64,000 nucleotides of DNA from Dimorphilus gyrociliatus (GCA_904063045.1 CAJFCJ010000011.1:124001-188000), one strand, 5' to 3'. Numbered from the stretch's first letter, positions 11,166-23,413 are shown. Notes: generated by a model not told the origin, from the letters alone. Program-made: numbers and translations.

Positions 11166-14100
11166 ATGGCGGCTGTCGACAAACTAGCCGAATCGGGGCA
11201 AGAACCCTTGAAGATTAATGGGAATATGGAAGAAAATGGAGTGAATGGAGAAGATAAATTTAAAATCGAATGGGGTTTTGATTTGGAGGATGCCTATAAA
11301 CTAGCTTTAATGTTTTATCGAGGTAGGATCCTACTATAGGCCTAATTTGGGCGTTTTACACTTTTATAGTTTGACGCTTGCGAAAATCAGATGTATTTTA
11401 ATGGAAACAGCTATACAATGTATTATATTAAGCAAATAACCATAAAGTTTGTCTGTAATGATGAATTACTATCGCTGTAAATATAAAGTGAAAATACCTG
11501 TAAAAACACAAGAATTGGTTGCCTAGAAACAACTAAAATATCTTTGTAGTTTTCGTCTATAGCTAAGATTTTAATATACATTAATGTTGTGTTCTTATAA
11601 CTCTGCTTTATTAATTATTTTTTTTAGAAAAGGAAGGAAAAGCAATGCAACTTTCTTATAAGGATAAAATACGATTAGTAGCCTTAATTAAACAAGTAGC
11701 TTATGGAAAATACAGAGCGGATGTCTCTCCTGCAGTTGGTTTTCTTGATGTCGTCGGTAATGATAGGAGGTAATATTCATTTTCAATTTTTGGTTTTTAA
11801 AAAAGCCGGGTTCGAATAATGGCGCCATCTACCCCCTATAGTCTGATACATCGTCCAAAACTATTTTCAAAGAATTCAACTATAAATAATAGATGATAGA
11901 ATGGTAGACCGTTTGACAAACAATTTTCAGACCAATCGCCGATGCCAGTTTTGATATTATATTTATCACGCAAACCTACTAGGACGTTAATGCTCCTATA
12001 AGTTTTGTATAATTGCTATTATTATGGTCTATACAAAACCTAAATAATGAAAAATTATTGTCCATCTCTCATTCTTTATTAGACGAAGCTATCTTGTTTG
12101 TAATTAAAAGGATGATGGAAGAATATACTTGTTTTATTTTAGAGTTTTTTTAAGCACACACGCTGTCCTTTATATTGATTGGATTTTCTCTAAATGGGAC
12201 TTAATTCTTCCACTGTGACGTCACAACTGATGAAATTTCAACAAACTAGAAAATCCTTCGATTAAATTTCTTATTTAGTTTAGGTTCTTTATTTGTCCGA
12301 CATTTTGTCTTTTATATATATTTTACTGTTTAAGTAAAAAGAGAAACAAACACGAAGAAAGATGAAGTTATAAATACTTTATAGTAAAAAAAATCCTATT
12401 AGGGAAGTAGAAGAGAGAAATTGATTAAAAGCAAAGTTAAGAAAATATCAAGATAAAATTAAGAGAATGAAACTAACACGGAAGGGAAATCAATTAATTA
12501 TATTAATCTATAGATTATCTCTATTAACGCAGATTTACTTAGAGAGCAGAGAAGTCAAGAGTAAAATGTTAAATGAGAAACATGTGGGTTTACGTATTTT
12601 TCTTCCTCTTTTAAGGAAGTTGGCGTGCTAATTAAGTGTGATTGTGCCTCAAATATATACTCTAGTATCCCTATTAAACAGTACAAACTCGGATAACTGA
12701 TGTTTTCCAAGAATTTTATTTTTATTTTGTGATATTTATTTTTCTGTTTTCTCTCTTCTTCTTCTTCTTCATCCTCTTCTTGCTTATAGTCGCCTATTGC
12801 AATAAATACGTTGTACGTAATACGGGAAGCCGTAATATTTTTAGCCATTAATTAGAAATGGGATTCGATTAGTCGGCTACTGCAACGACTGCAAAATTTC
12901 GTTATGCCGCTTGACGGAATTAATAAAGTCTGGGAAGGTCATTTCAGCTTTAGTGTAGGTAGGTCGGGCAGAACGCTCTAACTTAATATTCATATTTAAT
13001 AGAATATTTCTATTGATCTTTCACGCAAGTATTAATACTTTCGTATAATATCCTCGCGATAAGAAATAAAATTCTATCGATTAATAATGGCGTAAATAAA
13101 AGGAGTTTTATAAGGTTTATTAACTTAAATTATATAAAGAGTTAATATATATATTAGATATAAAAATACGGTTATGGATGCGCAATCCGTCTAGTTTATA
13201 ATATTAATATAGATATAGATAAGGAAAGGAGAGTGTAAAACGGGTTGGGAAGAATATATATTGGAAGGGAGATAAAGATAAGGTTTTTATTCTATAAATT
13301 TCAATATGAATTAATAAAGAAAATTTTTCGTTTAGACATTCGAACCCGGTTGAATGGTGGTGAGTTTGCACGGGATTATTCGTTGTAATTAATTATTATT
13401 CATTTTTGTATAATTCTTAATATTTTTAATATATAAAGTATATATATATATATATATACTGTGTATATATATTTATATATATATAAATATATATAGACGT
13501 TTTTAAATTCAATTTCTAGAAATTATTATTGAAAAGAAAAGAAACCGTACAAATTCTTGTCATGTTTATTGATAATTATTTCGTTATCAACCGACCCTTT
13601 TTTTATTGCCTTTCGGTATTCAACCCGCACTCTATGTCAATTTGAAAGTAAATTACTACTTTATTTCTTTTCTTCTTTCTCCCTTCCACTCTATCAGGCA
13701 AGCTTGGCAAAGTTTGGGAGACATGAAGAAGGAAGACGCAATGAGAGAATTTATAGATCTGCTCAATAGGGTTTGTCAACTATTTAAGCCGTTCATGCAA
13801 GCTCAACTGGCCGAAAAGGAGGATAAAGAGAAACAACTGTAAGTCATAAATGTATCAGTAACAATTCTTTGTTTCTACGTTTTTCCGAATTCTCTTTTTT
13901 ATAAGATAATCGCTGATCAGGGAGCTTTGTAGTTTTATAGTTATGTAGAATTTTAAATCTAAAGCGATATACAACGACAAAAAAACAATTTACAAGGGTG
14001 CTTTTAACGTATTCGCATATTTATTGTTTATTTCTAACTTATTATAGCAGGTTAACGTTTCTAAACTATAAAGAGCTATAGAGATTTTCTTTTTGTTATA

Positions 14101-17100
14101 TTATTCGTTTTTTCAAAAGTAAAAGAGAAGAAAAAAAGAAACTTGTCTCCCTTTCTTTTTTCTCTGTGTTTCTTATGTATAAATCCTGCGATGTCATTTT
14201 CTTGGCGTTCTAAGCTTCCTTTTTCTAAGCGGACGATTTTAACGCGGTTCAACGGCTTTTTATTCCATCGGGCTTTGTAAGGATAAAGGGGTTGAGCGAG
14301 AGGGAGGGAAAGAGGATAGAGAAAAAAAAAATATATATAGAAAGAACGAAAGAAATTAGAAATATAAAAGTGATAACACAATTCGAGAGTGAAGATGATT
14401 CCGATCAATATTATTATCTCTTTTATTCGACCATAGACGGAATGGTGCACAGAATATATAGATTACGCAGGTAAAAAAAAACAAGAGGAAAAAAAGCGGT
14501 AAAGATGATTAATATGAAAGAAAAAGACACAAGAAGATTCTTTTTTCTTGTTGTTGTTGTTGATTTATGATAGGCGTGACAGAATAAATATGAGTATAAC
14601 AATAACAATTAGGACAGTAACATACACACATATATATGTATATATAAATGTCTATATACGTATTTACATAAGAAATACAAGCGAACAATGCATATAAAGA
14701 TAAATCGGATACTGATCGTAGAAAAGAGGGTAAAGCAGTTTTCTTTTTTTTTTTTAGTTTGTCAATACCTAGATAATTTTTTATTGTTATAATATCGTAT
14801 TAGAAAGTTTTTGGGATCGATATAAGATTTTATATTATAATGCGAGATAATTTCTGAAGAAAAGAAAATTAGGATAGGGCGGGGGTAGTATTTTTCTTCT
14901 CTTTTCCTTTTTTTTTATTCTCACTTTTACCCCCCCTCCCCTCTCATTCTCCCCTACCCGTTATTCTAGAAATTATCAAAGAGTAGGGAAAGAAATCAAA
15001 AAAGAAAACATAGGCCGAAAACGAGAACGTTTTCCTCCTATTTTCTTTTTGTCCGTTGATGAATATTTATTTATATTTGGGTTTTGGGAATGAGGAACAT
15101 AAAAGAGAGGTTGTACGAGAGAGATGAGAGAGAAAAAGTGTCAAAGAAAATAAAGTTGGATTGTTACTTCACCAGTGGACGCCGTTCGAATCGTATATCT
15201 AGAGAGTTTTATCTATGGGGTCACTTTAGTCTATATATCGATCGCTAGTCTGGGGTGGCGTATTTGCAGTCGAGATGGGAATACGATTGCAGTATGTAGA
15301 ATTTGTAAAACTTTCCCCCCCCCTTTTCGTTCTTTTAGCCTTGAGCTTTCTTTTTCCCTTTGTATTTTATCAATTTACGAATTTTTTTTAAATATTTTAT
15401 TTTCATATTTTTTGATTATAATTGATTGGATTATTGAAAATTTTCTTTTCACGTATTTTCTATTTCTTTTTGCTTCTAGAAGAGAGGAAGAAGTTGCTAG
15501 GAAAGAAGTTGAAGAGGCGGCTGAAAGGGAGAGAAAACTGTTGGAAGAAGAAGCAAGAAGACAACAAGAATTAGAAAGAGTCAAACTGAGCCAGCAAGAA
15601 CAACATATCCGAGCCGTTCTCAATCAACAAACTTATCCGCAGTTTAGTCAATATGCCGCTCAACAGCACCCAAATGATAGTCAACAACAAGCGGCTTTAC
15701 TAACTCAGTTGCAAGAGCAACACTATCAGCAGTATATGCAGCAAGTGTATAGGCAACAGCTTCATCAACAACAACAGTACAAACAGCTGAATCCATCAAC
15801 AACGTCTTTGGAGGATGTGAATGTTAAGGATAAAACTGAATCGGATAATGAAGAAGACGAAGAAGAAGGTAAGAGAATTATAGCGGAAGAGGACGAGAAA
15901 GTTGATCCGCAGCTAGTGGATAAATTGCCGCCTATCGTTCCCGCTGCGCTTTGGACGAAGAAGGAAGGAAAACGGTTTAAGGAAGAAAGACGTAGGGCAA
16001 CGCACACTTTTAAAGTGCCTTCGCTTTCTTCTGCGACGGTGCGTTTGTTAGTTTTGCGGTCGGCGGCACTCATTATTTACCTCTTTTCGGTTTTTTTAGC
16101 CTGATTTCTTTTTATTTTTTTATTAGTAATTTGAATGCACAGTAATTTAGACGCATAATGAAGCGTATTCTCGTTTCGTCGATCATCGTTCCATTTCATA
16201 TAAGGAATAGACGAGATTAGGGACCTCGAGAAAACGTTAAGAATTATCCCCTACTTTTTAAACCCTCGAATAAATAGATGGAATATATATAGATATATAG
16301 ATATACTGTATATATATATATAAGATAAAAAGTAGTATGGGAAAGAGAAGATAAAAAAACATTGATCGAATAGGAAATATTCCAAAAGCTTTCCGTTGTT
16401 CGTCTTTCTTACTAACAAAAAAGGAGAGGGAACGATGTATTGGCTCTATAACAAGAATACTACAAGACTAGTTTTTTTTTTCTTAGTTTTGAGGTATTTT
16501 TATTTTATTTTCCTTTATTTTAGATTTAGAAAAAAATCTCCTACTTCTCTTCTCTTCTTCCAGCTGTTTCTTTTACTATTTTTCTTTTCTTTTCTTGTTT
16601 TTTTGGATGAAAAGAAGAGAAAAGAAAAGAAAAGAGAAGGGAAGAAGAGAAGGTGAACTTTGGATAGTTTTAACCTAGAATTATGCTATACGAGAATAAA
16701 TTTATGTTACCTCCTTCTCTTACACACCTCCCATAATTTTTACGTTAGACAATAACTTGGTTTATGAGAGAGCCGTATGAAGAAGTCTTATACGTGAGAC
16801 GGAGAAGGAGTACTTGATACTTTTTTTGTTTGTCAAAAAAATGAAAGCCTAGGGCTATGACAAATTGTGCATAATTCTGGGAGAATAATTTTCTAGTATC
16901 TAGGGTTCTTTACGCCTTTACAATTTTATGAGTAAATTTAATTGCGTTTTCACGTTCATACCGTAAAGGAGTAAAGCCATTTTTCATTTAGTTTTATATA
17001 TATATGTGACATAACATAATCATAAATAACGTTTGTCGTCGTTATCGTCGTTCTTCCTTCTCCGCTCCGATTTTTTACAAGGTTCACAAAAAAAAAGAAA

Positions 17101-18379
17101 AAAAAACAATTACTATTCCAGATACTTTTTATTTTTCTTTTTAGTTTTTGCATGCACGTATTCCTTTATTGTCTTGTCGTAGGAGAGAAAACATCGGTTA
17201 TCAGTGCCCCGTCCATGTGGACTAGGAAAGAACTGAAGGAATTTAAAGAGAGTTTAAAAGCTGATAAGGATACTATCTTAAAAGTCGGATCGGGGGAGAC
17301 AGTAACGGTATGTGTTGTGATAGTTATATTTAAGACAAAAAAAAAAACAAATAAGATAGCAAACTAAAAAAGAATATGATAACAAAGGAAAGTAACAAAC
17401 TTTCCATTGTTAAGACAAACGAATAATTAAAGTGTTGAGCACCTACTTTAATCTGTTTGGCGTTGTGGTATTGTGCATGGCTTTTGTCGCCGACCTCAGT
17501 ACCATCTACTAAACTTTTCTATTAACTATATACAAAACGAGCAGGAGATTGCCTACTGGAATTTGGCGCCTCCCTTTGATGAGAGTCATACCCTCTAGCC
17601 CTCAACTCTTATTCATCCTTTACTGTCTATTAGTATTTTACGACATAGGAAAATTTATATTAATTTATATAGTAAGAGACAAGAAAGATAATTACCTGAG
17701 CAAAGTTATTAATTTACCTTAAATAGTCTTCCTTTCACTTTTTGACAATGAATATTAACTGTAATGAGTTTCTATTCTTGTATACGTTTATAATATATAT
17801 ATATATATATATATGTATACGTGATGAAAAAGGAAGAATATCCTTGACCTAGAGTTTGAAAAAAAGAATAAGAGATGAGAGAGAGAGAGAGGGAGAGGCG
17901 GGAGATGTTTAAAGTCCAGACTGGGGAACAATTTACTGCTCGGGAAATAAAGTAAATAATGTTATCCGCCTATCTTACTAACTTTCCCTAAACAGATCCG
18001 CGTCCCGACTAGTGAACATGGCAACTGTCTTTTTTGGGAATTTGCAACAGATTACTTCGATATAGCTTTTGGTGTCTCTTTCGAATGGACTATAAATCCT
18101 GAGGAAAATATACGTGTTGAGATCAACGAATCTAGCGACGAAGAGGAGGAGATCGAGGAAGGTGCAAAACCACCAGGTGATGTTGAAGGTGGAAAAAAGA
18201 AACCGGATGGACCTCCTCAAGATGAAATTATACCGGTTTATAGGCGAGATTGTCATGAAGAGGTTTATTGTGGTTCCCACATGTATCCTGGAAAAGGAGT
18301 TTATTTATTGAAATTCGATAACTCCTATTCTTTGTGGAGGAGTAAAACAGTTTACTACAGGGTTTACTATACAAATTAG
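11166..18379 (+). CDS. ACBD3: Golgi resident protein GCP60 / acyl-CoA binding domain protein 3 (ACB, charged and Q-rich regions, GOLD)
   Basis: Phase-consistent exons 11166-11322, 11628-11769, 13698-13838, 15480-15868, 17183-17307 and 17996-18379. Motifs: [104 protein letters not shown]. Confidence 0.95.
11819..11835. promoter_or_regulatory. Palindromic ATGGCGCCAT followed by CTACCCC (CTCF-like plus YY1-like)
   Basis: Read directly in ACBD3 intron 2. Confidence 0.45.
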
Positions 18380-18676
18380 TCATAATATAATGTTGTCGGG
18401 GCTTAATATTTGTATCCTTGAGTCGGACTAATGTTGTGCAAAATAATTAATGAATGGCATTTCTTATTCAAAACGAAAAGGCATAAAACAATACAATTCA
18501 GACTCAAACTTTTTCAAAAATATAACATTTTTTTATGTTGTGATGAAGAGAAACGTGATATTACGAGATAATGATATTAATAATAATAAAACTAATGAAA
18601 AAGTATTGTATTTAACGCCCACAAGATTACTCTAATTATTTTATTCCTTTATCAATTCCTTTTTTAATCAAAATTA

Positions 18677-18690
18677 ACGCCATCTAGGGA
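18677..18690. promoter_or_regulatory. CTCF-like motif ACGCCATCTAGGGA
   Basis: Between the convergent ACBD3 and KLHL18 coding ends. Confidence 0.5.
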
Positions 18691-19868
18691 GTTAAAAACT
18701 TTTTAAAATTATAAACAATCGTTTATTTCTTTTTCATGCTTTTAGATTTTCCTTTACTCTATGGATCCAATCCTTTTATTCTAGTATTCTAGGAAACTAG
18801 GCCTAGATGTATCGTGGCGAACTACGTAAGGCAATTTTTACTTTTTGATAAAATTCTCGTATATTTTCTATGTTCTTTTGTAAAGGTTTTTTTTCTTTGG
18901 AGAGAGAGGGAGAGAGAGCGACATATATATATACAGCATATATACAGAATGCGGAGGAAAGGGGGCGAATAGGGAGCAAAATAAAAAACGCTAGACAAAA
19001 AGAAGAAGCGTCTCTTTCGAATTGAATTTCTCACGAGTTACAAGTTGTCATCAATTGTTTCTTTTTTCCCCTTCTAAGAGCTCATTATTTCTTTTTATGA
19101 AAATTATAAAAAAAGGGTAGAAAGGAACAAAAAAAAAACTCGTTATGGTAAGAAGGATACAACGTCGAAGTGGAGAGAAGAATGGAAAAAAATTGGATTC
19201 CTATTACGAGGATAAAACCATAGTAGAGTATTTTCTAAATGAATAATTGTTACTATTTTCCTGCTAACTTTGAATGAATAAGATTCACTATCTAAAAATC
19301 TAATCATCTTTCCTTAATTGGTGTTTCCTTACAAGAATACAAGTGAATCTTTGCAGTGGCAAGCTAATTTTTCCTAATAATCGAATGAAGAGACCCAATA
19401 TGTTTTTGATTGGCTTTTTTTTACTATAACGGGGGGTAAAGTCGACCAAAATAACCCAAGATAAAGTATTAATCCCATATATACAGTGTATATATATATA
19501 TATTGTATGTTAGTTACACATCAATTCAGATATTCTTCTCGTTCGAGACAATTAGCCGTAAAATTTATGTTAACTATATTTTGCTTCAAAAGCTTAGGCC
19601 TAACTGTTTATATAAACGTGCTATATATTCTCTCTTTGCAAATGTCTATCAATACAAACATTTACCAAGTATAAAAGTTACTTAAATTATTTAAATACTA
19701 AATATAATGATAATAATAATAAACCTTCTGTGTTATTGTTATCTTTATAGTTTATTTCTTGTTTGTCAGTTAAAAACGGATATAATTAAAATAGTCTACT
19801 GTATACTTTTCTGCATAGAGAAATCAATAGTTGGTAGCTAATTCAAAGGACTTTAGTAGTTTGTATGC

Positions 19869-19910
<42 letters not shown>

Positions 19911-20248
19911 TTTTTTTCTCTTTTGTTTAAGTAAACATAGAAATCTAACTTATTTTTGTTTGACATCTATAAGGCAAAAAATTCATCACACAGTTGGTTG
20001 TAAATGCTTTTGTTTTCTTTGTATATATATATATATATATATATACATTAAAAATATATAACAGTTTAAGTTTTGTATAATTCGTTGAGAACATTCTTTT
20101 CAACTTTGTTTTGAGTGAAAGGATAGAATAAAAGGAGTATAAGAGATATAGTTGAATGAGTTTCAATAAGGAGATTTGTTTTCGTAGGTCTGCAGTAATG
20201 GTATAAATTGGCGAAATAAATAAGACGGACGGAAGATCAATTCAAACG

Positions 20249-23200
20249 TTAAAAACATTCGCAAGGAACGACGCCGATTCCAACGCCACCTTGATGGTAT
20301 TTCATAGGTGCTACCGTGTTCCACTCTTCAGTTTCTGAAACGAGAAGGAATGCAATAAAAGCTTACTTACATAATTCAGCATAACTGAATATATCAAACT
20401 CTCTGGTTTGAGAGAAAGAAAATCTTCCCTCTTAGATTTAGAACATAAAATTTCCCATCATTTAATTATTCTATAAGACTTCTTTTATTACTTAATAAGT
20501 AAATATAAATTGATTTTTTTTTTAACACTACAATTGATGATCATTTATCCTCTTTTATGTCCTGCTTTTTAAGTTCATCATAACAGAGTAGAAGTCATTA
20601 TTGAGATAAAAAAAAAAAGAATGTCCTAGATATATAGATTAACTCAACAGACATTATGAGTTTGTTCTTTTTATCGAACGTTTTAAAGCATTAACTAAAT
20701 ACACACAAAAAAGAAAAGGATTGTTGCAGTTCAAAAGTTCAAGTATTCTTTGAGATTTGTAAAGCGTCTTTTTAGACTTGACGTTGCTGTACTAAGCTCT
20801 TCTTTTAGGTGATATTCATAGGAAAGAAGATATGAGACTAGTTGATGAGCATTGACTTATAACATATACCCCTCTCGCTATCTGCCTATTCTCAAGATAT
20901 ATTCATATTTTGGATATTTTTAATAAGGTAAATGTCTAATTATTACTACATAGACGAGCTACGCAAGCCCTCTATGCGTAGTTCCCATGCTATTTGATGT
21001 TATTAGGCTAATTTGACAGTTTATTCTAAATTAGGAGCGACATTTGTTGATTGCGTTTGAAGACGCCTCAGTAAATTAGTGCTTGCTTTATCTTACTGAT
21101 TTATCTACAATTTTAAAGGAATTTCATTGTACTAATTAACAATATAGCTAATTAAACAACTTAATTTGGGAATATTTACTATAATTTACAATAAAAATGA
21201 CGTCATAAACGGGTCCTAACCTGGATCATACATTTCGACAGACGACAAATTATCAGCGCCGTCATAACCTCCTACAGCATACAATCTTCCGCCGTTCGCT
21301 ACCAAAGCCACTCTCGACCTTTTAACCTGTAGTAAAATAGGGTAGGTCACGTGAGTCTTTTTTCCAAACTTTTTTGCCCAGACAGGACGACGGCATGCCC
21401 TGCCGCATTCTACGGACTGAGCGCCTACTCGACGCATCAGATTTTCGCGCATTTGTTCATAATATTTCTTTTCCTCAAAAAAACGAGGAAAAAATTATTT
21501 TTGAATAGAATAAATGCACGATCTGGTGTGGCGAGTGACGCTTGTTTACTACCTGCATATTTGTAATTTGAGTCCATTGACGTGTGACTGCGCAGAAACA
21601 TTCGACGCTCTATCGAATTAAAATTAACAGAGTGTAAAATTTGTAAAACAAGTGCAAATATTTACGATGGAAAGATAAAAAAAAAAAAAAGTTTGTAACT
21701 AATTTATTTAATTAACCTTTAGGAAACCATTTCCGTCGTAACCGCCAGCAGCATACAACTTGCCTAATAGCACTGTAACACCTAATCTGCAACGTTTTGT
21801 TGACATTTTAGGAGCTTCTTCCCATTTGGATTGGGTTGGTGAGTAGCACTCGACACTGTCGAATATTGACAAACCGTCGTGACCACCGAGGACGACTATG
21901 CGATTATCAAATGTTGCTATTCCGGAAGCGCTTCTATGCTTTCTCATACTACATATTTCTCTCCATTTCTTTTCTTTCGGATCATAGCATTCGACAGAAT
22001 TAAGGGAAGATATCCCATCGTAACCTCCACAAACATACAGTTTATTTTCAAGCACGGACACGCCGAGAGCGCTTCTTCTACATTTCATAGGCGGCGCTGA
22101 ACTCCATTTTTTGGTCCTTATGTTATATGTTTCAACGGTGGCTAAACGATTCTGGCCGTCATAGCCCCCGATAGCGTATAATGTATCATCTAAAACTGCA
22201 ACGCCTACCCTACTCCTTACAGTTTGCATTGGCTGAGCTATTTCCCATTTTTTATTCGTAGGATCATAAAATTCAGTTGCCGCCTCTGAATCACCCGACA
22301 AGGTTATTCCACCCACTACGAATATCCTTCCAAAAGCCTAAACGAACAAAAGGTATAATTAATACCTCAAAAAGTATTTATATATATTTGGGTTGTGTAC
22401 TAACTGCAGGACAGGCTCTCGGCCTAGTCCGAAAAGACTTAAGGAAAGGTCTGCGATCTGGCATTAGGTGATAATCCTTTGCTTCATCAACTAAATCTCT
22501 ACAGTTGATATCCTGCTTTATAAGATTTTCATTCATAACTTTATCAATTAAATATTTTGGAGGTAAAAGGGGCAATCTGACTAATTTTAACAATGGATAA
22601 AGATAATCCTTCCTCTCTTCGCTCTCTTTAATCCATCTTATTAAAGCCTCAAAGACATTATCCTCTCCTCCATTCAAAGTTTTAACATTCAACTGATCGT
22701 TGTCCAATAATTCACTAATTTCGTCGGAAGACAATTTAAGAAATTCTTCCGTTTTTGAAATTTCCATAAAATTCTTGTGTATAAACTGAAATTGTTGTAA
22801 ATATAGAATAATTTGATTAAAATCTCTTAATTATATATAATTCATCTAATTAGCATATCATTTTATTTCAACTATTTTTGTTACCTTTATGGATTCATCG
22901 ACGAGACTCTTACAAAAATATCTTTCGGCAAATCGTTTAACACCAAGAGCGTTTTGAACGCTCAATCTTTTTTGCATAAATGCTGCGCAAGCTTCTTTAA
23001 CACATGTTATTTGTAAAAAATTAGCACCAATTAATAAATTTTCGGCATTTGATGTATCTATTCGAACTTTTCCTGTATATGCAAAATTTAAAAGACTTTC
23101 AAGAGCTTCGACATTAAGTCCCTTCATGACAATATCATCTTGCCCTGCCTCAACCATATCATTTGTAAACATCATTTCAAAATAAGGTATACTCCCGCTT

Positions 23201-23413
23201 AAAATTATTCTATGAGCTTTGAATTGTTTATTTTCAATCTGCGCGAAATTAATAAACTATACGAAAATAGAAGAATTTCAGCATTTTGTCTACCTTAAGT
23301 GTGACATCGCATAATTTACCCATTCGTCGTATCTCTTCAAATTTTGGAAAGCACGAACTGGGTAGATCTCGCTTTTCATACATTTCTACATCACCAATTA
23401 TATCTGTTGTCAT
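20249..23413 (-). CDS. KLHL18: Kelch-like protein 18 (BTB-BACK-Kelch)
   Basis: [40 protein letters not shown], six kelch repeats (GGYDG/GGHDG). Late exons 21609-21553, 21331-21218 and 20334-20249, ending ..[18 protein letters not shown]. Confidence 0.93.

Noticed and set aside
12555-12848. 97-aa minus-strand ORF with a poly-E stretch inside the ACBD3 intron
   Set aside because: The acidic run comes from a (TTC)n repeat; no domain or splice support.
14048-14050. Possible 3-nt microexon (ctaac..ttatag|CAG|gttaac) in ACBD3 intron 3
   Set aside because: It is frame-compatible, but the donor is weak and such short patterns are frequent in AT-rich DNA.
17575-17700. TGATGA (C-box-like) motifs in the ACBD3 intron, and another near 20843
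   Set aside because: No properly spaced D box with a terminal stem, so not called as snoRNAs.
17875-17955. [12 protein letters not shown] just upstream of the ACBD3 GOLD exon, resembling a third copy of [10 protein letters not shown]
   Set aside because: It is preceded by a GA microsatellite and an in-frame stop, has no acceptor, has no phase-0 GT donor, and runs into TAA; probably chance.
21095-21102. ag|ATAAATCA|gtaaga in the last KLHL18 intron
   Set aside because: 8 nt, not frame-preserving; no supporting context.
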